A DNA stretch of 62,968 bases, counting the filler, from Octopus bimaculoides (taxonomy: Eukaryota), in assembly GCF_001194135.2 (NCBI RefSeq). It is 5 parts of 4 records of this genome, joined end to end, with 100 filler letters (N's around TTAATTAATTAA, not from the genome) between each part and the next. Parts side by side here need not be neighbours in the genome. Positions count along the whole stretch, not along the records: positions 49,155 to 58,575 come from NC_068987.1; positions 58,676 to 62,968 come from NC_068987.1; 3 more parts are not named here. The stretch is one strand, 5' to 3'. Positions 51,910-62,397 of the stretch are shown one piece after another. The notes under the pieces are model-generated. The model did no database searches, had not been told where the DNA came from, and saw nothing but the letters and a program-made list of their open reading frames with translations. The translations under genes and the position numbers were made by a program. The number at the start of each line of letters is the position of its first letter. Within the stretch, counting starts at the first letter, position 1.

Positions 51910-52855
51910 GCCGTCCACTCGTGATCGAGGAAGACCATTGCTGACTTTTAGGAGCATTGTACTCTACAGGCCTATCATATATTTTGCAATTGCGGTTCTG
52001 TCGGTGGCTAATGAGCTCTACTCTTGACAAGCATACACGACTGAAACCATTGCAAACCAAGCTTTCCCCATTCACTACATCAGCAGTACGCTAGAGTTCT
52101 TAATGCAAAATAAGTGTTCTCTCAAATGTGCCGACCCCCTTAATCTGCTCTTCCATTTGTGACGATGACAGGAATTGCTCTCCCAGTCGGTCTCCTGCAT
52201 ATCACAGGCCATTAATGAGGATTTGACAAAGTCCTTAAATCGCAGCCTTTGTTACTGTCGGGGTCTCTTCCCACTAACAAGTTTCCCATAAAGCACTTGT
52301 TTAGGGATATATATATTCTTCATTGCAATAAGGTATCCAGTCCAACCTAACCGCTACTTGAGCACCATTGCCTCAATACTCAAGATATCAGCTTTCTTCA
52401 GCACCTGTGTGGCTGGAGTTTTTAAGGTCCAACCGACGTTCAGATTGTGTCTCACACTTAGCTGATGAAAGTGTTCAAGGACCTTTACATGACGTTTGTA
52501 AAGTGTCCATGTCTCGCATGATTAAAGGGGCGAAGGCAATGTCAGTAGACCGGAAGGAATCAGTTGCTGTTTGCAGCCTCAAAGATATTTCATTATCGTG
52601 CGAGCAAGAAAGGCTGAGTGTGCTGCCCAAGAAGACAAAATTGTCTACAACTTTCAATATTGTTCCTTCAACCAAGATAGATGGTTTCACATATGGATTT
52701 CCTGGTGCAATGTGGAACATCGCAACAATCTTGTCCAGGCTAATCCTGAGTTCAAATGCATTGCAAGCAGCAGAAACACGATTCATAAGTATTCGCATAT
52801 CATCCACTGTATGAGTGACACAATTATCTGCATAAAGGAGGTCACGTATAAGAGA
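51910..52855 (-). mobile_element. RTE-clade LINE (BovB/RTE-1-like), 5'-truncated ORF2 plus 3' UTR
   Basis: DLLYADNCV..., RVSAACNAFELRISLDK...VVDNFVFLGSTLS...DNEISLRL; RTE-type 3' end ...ttcctcgatcacgagtggacggc. Confidence 0.9.
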
Positions 52856-52913
52856 CTGGAAAACTTGTGAATTGACAGAAAATCGGCGCGTTCAATGAAA
52901 TAATAATTAAAAA

Positions 52914-52944
<31 letters not shown>

Positions 52945-53039
52945 CGTCTACATAAAAGCCTACTGAGAAGTCTGCGTGTGCATGTGCAAATTGTGGGTAT
53001 TGAGGTCTCACTACCTTGTACGTATATTTCCTATTTACT

Positions 53040-54050
53040 ACTGTGTAACTTTCATTTATGAAGAATTACTCCTGTATTTGTCTGAGTGTTAATTCCTTCG
53101 GAGACTTGGATACAATTTACTTGTCAAGTCGACCCAGTACACCGCCATGTTTATCTTTAGCATATTGGTAGAGTATAGAGGACTGTTTTTTTCGTCGTAT
53201 TGTCTCAAATGTTCATTTAGTATATCCGCAATACTTCTAGATGTCTCAACAGTTTACGTCATATTCTTGTCTTTACAAGCACCCTCTATGCACCTTTTGT
53301 TGTAAACTACATTTCTAGTTCCACAGTTAATGCCAAGGTTAAACATACATACCATGCATTTCTCTTTGGTGTTTGTGATATTCTCAAAATGGGTGCGACC
53401 TACAAAATTGTGATCTGACGGAACTCCCTGGCTTTACACCGATTTTAATGTTAAGTTTAGTCTCTTTCGGAGTTTCAAAATTCTTTGGGCTAATTTTCCA
53501 TGAGCTGTGGCCTCTACAAACATCACTCCTTAATATTTATCTGCCTTATACCATGTGTTCACCTTCCTTGCTTTGTTAAAAACTCTCTGTATCCTATTCC
53601 GGTTTTTATTTTTATATCTAGGACACGTACTACTGGTTTAAGTACGTATGATGCTATCAAACTCCAGTCTAGCTCTCCTGTATACACCTACTCTATCTTT
53701 CTGGTCATATCCAGAGAATTGCGATGATTTTCTTCACTGCAATGTGAGCTGGTGCGCGCTTTATATACTAAGGTCGTGATTTATCTAAGTAGATACAGTC
53801 ACAGCTTAACTTAAGGATGAGGGCGAGTTCCTTCATGTTGACTTCGTGGAACACTACTTCACTCTCACAGATAATATGAATGCATTTTTCCAAAGCAAAA
53901 TCTATGTCTATAGATGGGTAGAGTTAAACTAAAGCCATACCACCCACTACACAACCTGTGAGGTCATTGGACTGGTTTCAACTACTGAATCTACAGAGGG
54001 AATCCTCTGTTATCACACACACATCCGGTGACATTTCAATGAATGGTCGT
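53040..54050 (-). mobile_element. Penelope-like element, internally deleted (RT fragment joined to GIY-YIG endonuclease)
   Basis: VVGGMALV*LYPSIDIDFALEKCIHIICESEV (RT motif region), then CGTRNVVYNKRCIEGACKDKNMT*TVETSRSIADILNEH (GIY-YIG). Confidence 0.85.
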
Positions 54051-54105
54051 AAAACCTGTTGGAACAAAGGAACGCAACTGCCATAACGGACAGGTTCAAA
54101 CGACT

Positions 54106-54522
54106 TATTTCTTTATTGCCCACAAGGGGCTAAACATAGAGGGGACAAACAAGGACAGAAAAAGAGATTAAGTCGATTATATTAACTCCAGTGCGTAACT
54201 GGTACTTAATTTATTGACCCCCGAGAGGATGAAAGGCTAAGTCAACCTCAGCGGAATTTGAACTCAGAACGTAGCGGCAGACAAAATACATATTTCGTTA
54301 TTGCCCACAAGGGGCTAAACATAGAGGGGACAAACAAGGACAGACAAAGGGATTAAGTCAATTACATCGACCCCAGTGCGTAACTGGTACTTAATTTATC
54401 GACCCCGAAAGGACGAAAGGCAAAGTTGACCACGGCGGAATTTGAACCAAGAAAGTCACAGCAGACGAAATGCCGCTAAGCATTTCGCCCGGTGTGCTTA
54501 TGATTCTCCCAGCTCACCGCCT
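54106..54522 (-). mobile_element. SINE family B dimer with an 11-bp target-site duplication
   Basis: ttcaaacgact at 54095-54105 and 54530-54540. Confidence 0.9.
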
Positions 54523-54853
54523 CCCAAGATTCAAACGACTATTGAAGAGGTTACAAGAAGCAACGAACATTTTAGAAGAAATTAATAAGTAAATCAGCGG
54601 AAATCTAAACAGCGAGTGTGTTAATTAATAAGGTATTACAAAAGAATGACTCTCCACAAACACAATGAAATATACTTCAACGCAACACCAATTAATAATG
54701 AATCTTAGAAATCAAATACAAAAACATATGCGTGTGCGTTTGTGTGTATGTGTCATGTCTTTCAGATACCGGCCATGATGAAATACCAAAAGGTAATGAA
54801 AATATGTATTAGCCTTTATATATTTAATCCTTTATAGTGAACACTCAATATTT

Positions 54854-54987
54854 CATATATTCAATAAGACATATTCCATATATTCAATAAGACATATTCC
54901 ATATATTCAATAAGATATATTCCATATATTCAATAAGACATATTCCATATATCCAATAAGACATATTCCATATATTCAATAAGACAT
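54854..54987. repeat. 23-bp minisatellite, about 5.8 copies (catatattcaataagacatattc)
   Basis: Head-to-tail units with no spacers. Confidence 0.9.
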
Positions 54988-55757
54988 TCAATACTTCATT
55001 TCATTGTACCATCCATTTTTATATTATATATTATATATTCCACATTCTATATACCACATTAATTTTACAAGAATATAAATAAAACATGAAAAACTGAGTT
55101 GGAACCCTTTTAATAAATTAATATATTCCTCTATNNNNNNNNNNNNNNNNNNNNNNNNNNNNNNNTATATATATATATGTACATGTATATGTATATCTAC
55201 ACATATATGCGTATGTATGTTTGTATGTAAATATATATATATATATATATATATATACACCAACGTTTACATTAGTAAGTGGTTTCCCTTGATATGTCAA
55301 CTTCGATTTATCACATAGAAATAAGAATCTTTCCTCACAATAGATGTAGTATATACCAGCTATATACACCACAATAAACCTTACAGCCAATAAATTATAA
55401 CTAGATTGTTATCTAGATTGTTCGCATCAATGCTCTACAAGGCCTGTAAAAATCAAATTAGCAACAATTATTCCTTATTAACTGTGTATATGTAAATTTA
55501 GTTCGCTTGAAGCTATATTAAAATATATTCATTACGTTTCATCAGGACAATGTACAAGTCAATCATTCAATATTCTCTATAGAGATGATTTACACATTCA
55601 TAAATATATAGGTGTGAATCCGGGCAAATAAGTGCGAACATGTGCTTCATCAGTATCTATCGAACTGTTTCAATTGCATATATCACCTCTTTTTACACCA
55701 TCTATATGTGTGTGTGTGTGCGGACATAGACACAGACACAGACACACAGAGACACAG

Positions 55758-55791
<34 letters not shown>

Positions 55792-55801
55792 NNNNNNNNN
55801 N

Positions 55802-55841
<40 letters not shown>

Positions 55842-56099
55842 CACACATGAATGCATGGGCGTGTTTAAGCCGCATTTGCTTGATAGTAAAGTGTCAGTTA
55901 CAGTAATTACAGCCAATTACGAAGAAGATAATTATTCATACATACACTTTTGTATATATATATATACATTTAGACACACACATGAAAGCACACACGCAGG
56001 TTTAATAATCTAGTATTCATAATTAATATACGATTTGATTTTCATGTAAGAATAAAATCTTTCGATACAGGTAATACCGAGTAAGTGCTGTATACCGAC

Positions 56100-57264
56100 T
56101 AGTTTTGCCCCAGTCGTTGTATGAACAGGATTGGGGATTATAAGTCGTATATTAGCGTGTGCATATATAAATATATAAAAGGACAAAGAGAGCAATGTTT
56201 CTGGGAAGATCCAGTACTTCCCTTCATCGGAGACAGACATAGTAAAGGAATCGATTATTACATCCATAGGCGGAGAGTTTTGGTATGAAGTGATAGTCAG
56301 TGTGATGTCCTGAAAAAAGAAAGAAAGAGAGAACAGTACTTGGAGTGTAGTTTCATTCCAATAGTAAGTATCCGTTTTTAAGTAATCCTTGTGGGAATAA
56401 TCCGGAAATAGTTGCTGCAGCAAAGGCTGAGATAGTAGATGTAAATATATGCCATATTGTGTCCGAGGTATTTTGCTTGTATTCACTTGAAGGATGCCCA
56501 GGTCAAGTGAGAAATGTGCGTAGGGTAAGTAGGTCAAGTCTTGAAGACAGAGTGGGAAGGGGATAGAGGAAGGATTCATGTGGAGAATGGTAGTGGTATG
56601 TTTTTATGGTCAGTTGATCTAACTGGATAGAGAGGATGAGTATAGTGAGGGAAAGAGGGAGGGGGATGATGTTAAATGGTTTAGTAAGGAGGAAGGAATG
56701 CGCAGAGGTAGTATAAAGGTGGTGGGGGTATGGGTGACAAACCAACAACAGTTATAAAGGGAGAGAGGATTGGGATAGGTAGTTAGTAGTATCATATTCT
56801 AAAAGATAGCTAAACTTATTTATAGACGGTGGAATTGGGATTGAAAGTAACCAAGTAGTCTGTATGTGGTGGTGGTGTTATTGTCAATTAGAGTGTAGAG
56901 GAAGTAGATTTTGGGAATATATATATAGTGGGGATAGGATCGAACAAGAAATAAGTCTATTCAAAAGATGGTAAAAGATGGATGTTTTTGCCAGGACGAA
57001 TAGGTTGCCTATGGGGAGCCGTGCGATTATGTTGCGTGATCGTTTGTGCACTTGTGTTTGTGATAAAATTTAAATGTATGGAAAGAGCGGTGATTGCAGT
57101 TGCTAAATGCTTCATTATATCGATTAAGTAGAGTGGGAGAATTGTATTTTAAAATATGGAATGCCTCCATTAGGCAAAGCTTGCAGTTGGAGCGCTGGCC
57201 CTGGTATGGAGTTCCAGAATCTAAGATGGACCATTTTAAAGTATATTGGGTATTTGTGCTTTTG
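56100..57264 (-). mobile_element. Penelope-like element 3' end with a long 3' region
   Basis: KSTNTQYTLKWSILDSGTPYQGQRSNCKLCLMEAFHILKYNSPTLLNRYNEAFSNCNHR (57264 to about 57040). Degenerate hammerhead core at 56230-56182. The left boundary is approximate. Confidence 0.8.
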
Positions 57265-57516
57265 ANNNNNNNNNNNNNNNNNNNNNNNNNNNNNNNNNNN
57301 NNNNNNNNNNNNNNNNNNNNNNNNNNNNNNNNNNNNNNNNNNNNNNNNNNNNNNNNNNNNNNNNNNNNNNNNNNNNNNNNNNNNNNNNNNNNNNNNNNNN
57401 NNNNNNNNNNNNNNNNNNNNNNNNNNNNNNNNNNNNNNNNNNNNNNNNNNNNNNNNNNNNNNNNNNNNNNNNNNNNNNNNNNNNNNNNNNNNNNNNNNNN
57501 NNNNNNNNNNNNNNNN

Positions 57517-57557
<41 letters not shown>

Positions 57558-57606
57558 TAATACATTTTTAAATCTCTCAGAGAGACTTAAGCAGTAGTGA
57601 TGCGAA

Positions 57607-57766
57607 AAAGTAGTTGTATACTGTCAACTTAACGTGACAGTCCCAATAAGGGAATATACTAATGCTATTTAGTCCCAGGAAGCGGTCCAGCTTCCTAGGG
57701 CTAAATAGCAGTAGTATATTCCCTTATTGGGACTGTCACATTAAGTTGACAGTATACAACTACTTT
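57607..57766. mobile_element. 160-bp fold-back palindrome (putative MITE)
   Basis: 77-bp arms matching at 73/77 nt with a 6-nt loop (ggtcca). Confidence 0.8.
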
Positions 57767-57859
57767 ATATATATATATATTGTGTAAACCAAAGGCTGGA
57801 TGCTGCGTGTTCAGTTATTCCATCAATGAAAAATGCATTATATACTACAAAATGTTCGC

Positions 57860-58575
57860 ATACGAGAGTCCCTAACTAGAACCTTAATACTTCATCATTT
57901 ATCGACCGAAAACTACTGATACCTAGTTTCATGCCTTTAACTATAAGACTAGGAACTTCGTATATCGACAGCCGTGCTAGAACTTTGGCAAAGTGATGCC
58001 TTTTAACGTCGTGTTTTCTTCACCTCTTCCCAATCTGTAAATTCTGTAGCGTCATCTTTCGTCATCAGTGATGACCTTAGAAAAATGGTCAGGATCAACC
58101 TGTCATTGTTCTTTCAGTTCACGAAATGCATTCATTCATGACTGCGTTTGATCTTCCTTGATCAAGCGAGGCACAAATTTTGCCTCAACTCCTTTCATTC
58201 TCGATTACTCGCTTAAAACGCGTTGGTAGGAATTCCAGGACACACCCGTTATATCAACAATTTGCCAATTGTTCGATAACGGTCCTCTTAGTTCAGTTCA
58301 TGAATGTTCATATTTTCATTCGTGTGGAAGGCCGACAGTCGTCGTGAACGATGCAGGATTCAAGCGACAAGTGATCATTCCTAAGGCGGAGTAAAAACTT
58401 GTAAACTGGTTCTGTTCGTGGTAGTGTCCTTTTAAGTTGTTGTAAGCATGACAACTGATTAGGCCGTCATTTTCTCCCGCAGAAAAATGAATTTCACGGA
58501 AGTGCGCAATTCCATTCTCTCAGGCATCGCAAACATACACGAACAGAGGAGAAGCACGGCAAAACAAAGACGCAC
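57860..58575 (-). mobile_element. Mariner transposon remnant (N-terminal half of transposase)
   Basis: MPERMELRTSVKFIFLREN...VEAKFVPRLI...FSKVITDDERW (ITGDETW-like). Confidence 0.75.
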
Positions 58576-58675
58576 NNNNNNNNNNNNNNNNNNNNNNNNN
58601 NNNNNNNNNNNNNNNNNNNTTAATTAATTAANNNNNNNNNNNNNNNNNNNNNNNNNNNNNNNNNNNNNNNNNNNN
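58576..58675. other. Artificial scaffold-join linker
   Basis: N44-TTAATTAATTAA-N44. Confidence 0.95.
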
Positions 58676-58949
58676 GTGTGTGTCGGTGCATATTTTGCAT
58701 ATGTAAATGCATATGATATCTATCTATCTATCTATCTATATATATGTATGTTTGTATGTATGTACACACACACACACACGCACACACGCACACACGCACA
58801 CACACACACACACACAAGTAATGGCGACACTGTTCTACATGGCTGCAATACGTGAGGCATAAAGAGTGTCGGGTAGACAAAATAATGAATTCGTCAGCAG
58901 TGACATAGTGATGAAAGTTAAGACAGAGAGAGGGAGGGATGGAGAGAGG

Positions 58950-58980
<31 letters not shown>

Positions 58981-59112
58981 GCCGGAGAATAAGACAGAGA
59001 GGGAGCGAGAGACGGGACGAGAGAACAGAAAAATATATATGTATGTAAGAATGTATATATACATAGGAATGTATATATACGTATGTAAATATGCATTTAT
59101 CTATCTATCTAC

Positions 59113-59181
<69 letters not shown>

Positions 59182-59459
59182 AGGATGGTGTGTGCGTGGG
59201 GTGGAAGATGAGCGAGGGAAGTATTGGTGTGGCGTGTAGGATGTATTATGAATAAAAATAAGATGTCGGGTGACAAATGATAAAGCTGTTACTGTTCGCG
59301 TGGGTGGCGTCGCTCTGTAGGTCAGACGAAGAAGAAGTGGGTGACGCGATAGAAAATGGAAGAATAGAGGGGGGAATGAGTGAACGTGTAAATATGTGTA
59401 TGAATGTATGAATGAAAGAACGAAGCAGATGTTTGAATGAAGCGGGTGAAGCAGTGAAG

Positions 59460-59910
59460 TGAATGAAAATAGTTTCATGTTTTTTGTAATTTGTCTGAAA
59501 ATAACCGAAATTGGAAAAATTCTTTGACATGACCGAAATCATGAATATTTTCAATTTTTGGATAAGAAAAAAATAATTCAAAATTATTTGTTTTAACAGG
59601 TGCAGAATGTTGAGAATTCTCTATTTTTAAAGTTTCAGAGTGTTTGGGCGGGAAAAAGAAAGGAATTCGGAAGTAATTGTACTAAAGTTCTAATATCACT
59701 TGAAAATTATCAAAATCTCAAAAATTCTTAGGATACTCCATCTAAATCCATTCATCCATCCATCCATCCACCCACCCATCCATCCTTCCATCCATCCATC
59801 CATCCATCCGTCCGATCTTCCCTCCGATCATCCGTCCGATCATACGTCTGTCCCTCCGTCCGTTTGTCCGTCCATCGATCCATTCATCTTCTTCGCCCTC
59901 TATTACTAGA
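59460..59910. mobile_element. Probable Helentron-like non-autonomous element with a (CCAT/CCGT)n array
   Basis: AT-rich body followed by a tetranucleotide array at 59750-59880. The family call is an inference from architecture. Confidence 0.35.
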
Positions 59911-60057
59911 TAAGTCGTAGGCTCATAGGTTTATCAGAAGCTGTCGTCATTACACTTCCCGGTTGTATTCCCAAGCATAACCAACTCTAACTGGGGTATC
60001 AACCAAACATCTTCTTACTTGACACTCATTCTCCTGCCGGCTGGTTTGGCTAGAACA

Positions 60058-60142
60058 GGGCTTCCCAACCTTACCTTGCTTTTGGACCCCTTGAGAGTTA
60101 TCTTATCTGTGGACCCCATATATGCACATGTAAATTTTTGAA
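60058..60142 (+). mobile_element. hAT/Charlie-like element left end
   Basis: ctagaa|cagggcttcccaacc...tggacccc. Confidence 0.5.
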
Positions 60143-61036
60143 ATAAACCACAAAACCAAATTAGCAAAGGAAGTCAAAATTTTTATACATAAGAATAAAA
60201 TCGATTAAAAATATAATAGAATAACATAAATAAATAAACTGCGATTAAAAAGTTGATTAAAAATATTATAGACCGGTACAGATATAGTGGAATAAAAAAA
60301 TATATATATATAGAAAAAATAATATAGAGAAAAAAAATAATACATAGGGAAACGTAGTAAAATAGTTCATTCGTTGAGGTTAATGGCTAATAAAAGAAGT
60401 TTAAGTTTAAATTGTACGAAAATTCATTACTTCTCTCAGGACAGCAAATTTAGCAGGTAAAATCCAATTTCGTAATTCATACACAGGAATACCGAAGTAC
60501 ACGGGACGACATAATAACACAACATCCAATGTGTAACAAAGTAAAACCCATATTTCACCATCAGCGTTATTTAAGTCCAAGAAAATCAAGGCATACAAGT
60601 CGATACATTAAACCAACATCCAGCAGGTAACATCGGTAAAATCAATCCATAATTTAACATCATTTACAATGGATTACAAATTTAGGTCGGAATACAAACA
60701 CAAAACACCTATGGCCATTTCGGGGGTATATCACCGTATTTAGAGCACAATAGAGCACAAACTAGTGATAACCCCCTCTTCAGGGTAAAGGACACACATA
60801 AACATCAACGAAGGCACCAGTAAAAAAAAAAAAAAAAATTTTTCTCTATATTATTTTTTCTACATATGTATATATATATTTTTTATTCCACTATATCTGT
60901 ACCGGTCTATAATATTTTTAATCAACTTTTTAATCGCAGTTTATTTATTTATGTTATTCTATTATATTTTTAATCGATTTTATTCTTATGTACAAAAATT
61001 TTGACTTCCCTTTGCTAATTTGGTTTTGTGGTTTAT
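60143..61036. repeat. About 195-bp inverted repeat (60143-60334 and 60839-61036) around a 504-bp spacer
   Basis: The arms differ by only a few substitutions and indels. Confidence 0.9.
60706..60787 (-). ncRNA. Hammerhead ribozyme motif (minimal type I), apparently intact
   Basis: Stem I UACC/GGUG. CUGAAGA 60783-60777. 12-bp stem II (GGGGGU-UAUCAC / GUGAUA-U-ACCCCC). GAAA. Palindromic AUGGCCAU stem III. AUA triplet. Confidence 0.8.
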
Positions 61037-61566
61037 GTTGTACTTCTTATATGTCGTCATTGGTGGGCTGTGGCTTTTTGAGTCGTTGACCTAATGGTTT
61101 TATTCTGCAATTAACTTTGTACTTTTGTCTCAACTAGTTTGAGCACTTCTTTTACAGCCTTGTATAAATTCTATTGGTTTTCTAAAACAAAACTGTTAAT
61201 ATTGAATAATTATANNNNNNNNNNNNNNNNNNNNNNNNNNNNNNNNNNNNNNNNNNNNNNNNNNNNNNNNNNNNNNNNNNNNNNNNNNNNNNNNNNNNNN
61301 NNNNNNNNNNNNNNNNNNNNNNNNNNNNNNNNNNNNNNNNNNNNNNNNNNNNNNNNNNNNAACTTCTTGCCACACATCCACGCCTGCGTCTAATTTGTTT
61401 CATACTTTTAAGTACTACAGAAAAAAATTATTGGGGAAGCGGGAAGGGATGCTAAAATAATTTACATTATTTTTGCTCTTGAGAAAATCATAAACATCAC
61501 AGTTTCTGTTTCCGGTCTAAATATATACGGCAGGTCACCTCACTTCTGAATCTACCACTTACTGAT

Positions 61567-61780
61567 GGCAGCGAGCTGGCAGAAACGTTAGTACGTCGGG
61601 CGAAATGCTTAGCGGTATTTCGTCTGTCTTTACGTTCTGAGTTCAAATTCCGCCGAGGTCGACTTTGTCTTTCATCCTTTCGGGGTCGATAAATTAAGTG
61701 CCAGTTGCGTACTGGGTCGATCTAATCGACTGGCCCCTCCCCCAAAATTCCGGGCCTTGTGCCTAGAGTAGAAAGGAATC
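61567..61780 (+). mobile_element. SINE family B, young full-length copy
   Basis: Near-consensus from ggcagcgagctggcagaaacgttag to ggccttgtgcctagagtagaaagg. Confidence 0.9.
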
Positions 61781-61869
61781 AACCATTACTGAGTAACGTG
61801 AAATAAGTTACCAAAATTTCAAAAGAATTGTCAAAGAAAATTATCAGCTTTCACACACTTGTAGAAACG

Positions 61870-62130
61870 TAAACACAATACCCTGGGTTCGATTCCACTG
61901 CAAGGTATCTTGGGCAAATGTGAATTTTCCATAACCTCGGGTTAACCCATAATTTGTGAGTGAAATTTGGATAGATGGAAACTTTATAGAAGCCCATTGC
62001 GAGTATTGCACCTGTAATTCACGAAATCACAGCGGATTCTGCCTGAAAATTACGGTAAGAGTACGTGTCTCTCTGGAATTTTCAATCACTTGCACGGCAA
62101 GCAAATTAGTTAATCAAACAAAATCCTCCT
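61870..62130 (+). mobile_element. Chimeric SINE: family A head and core with a family C tail
   Basis: ttgggcaaatgt...gtgagtgaaatttggatagatggaaact is followed by cctgtaattca...aattacggtaagagtacgtgtc...cacttgcacg. Confidence 0.6.
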
Positions 62131-62264
62131 TGTTGAACGACCGAGATCCACTATGTGCGTGTGTGTGTGTGTAACATTGCATATGATCATCGTATTATGC
62201 TCACACACATATAAGTGTATGTACATGTGTACATAGATACATACATACATACATATATATATAA

Positions 62265-62306
<42 letters not shown>

Positions 62307-62360
62307 TTATTTGTAGTCGTCTGTATTATTTTTTTAGTCTCTCACCCCACCTTTCTCACT

Positions 62361-62397
<37 letters not shown>

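Noticed and set aside
54854-54987. CRISPR array
   Set aside because: The units are contiguous with no spacers, the context is eukaryotic, and there are no cas genes.
56010-56579. 189-aa ORF, the longest without Ns or microsatellites
   Set aside because: It lies downstream of a PLE endonuclease stop, contains the decayed hammerhead, and has no recognisable domain.
59600-59672. 73-nt exon candidate VQNVENSLFLKFQSVWAGKRKEFG with good splice sites
   Set aside because: It appears to be internal to a Helentron-like repeat, has no partner exons, and its resemblance to PARP is too loose. RNA-seq could revive it.
60335-60838. Mitochondrial insertion or processed pseudogene (ends in an A17 run)
   Set aside because: No recognisable mitochondrial gene or open frame. 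The hammerhead points to a PLE origin.
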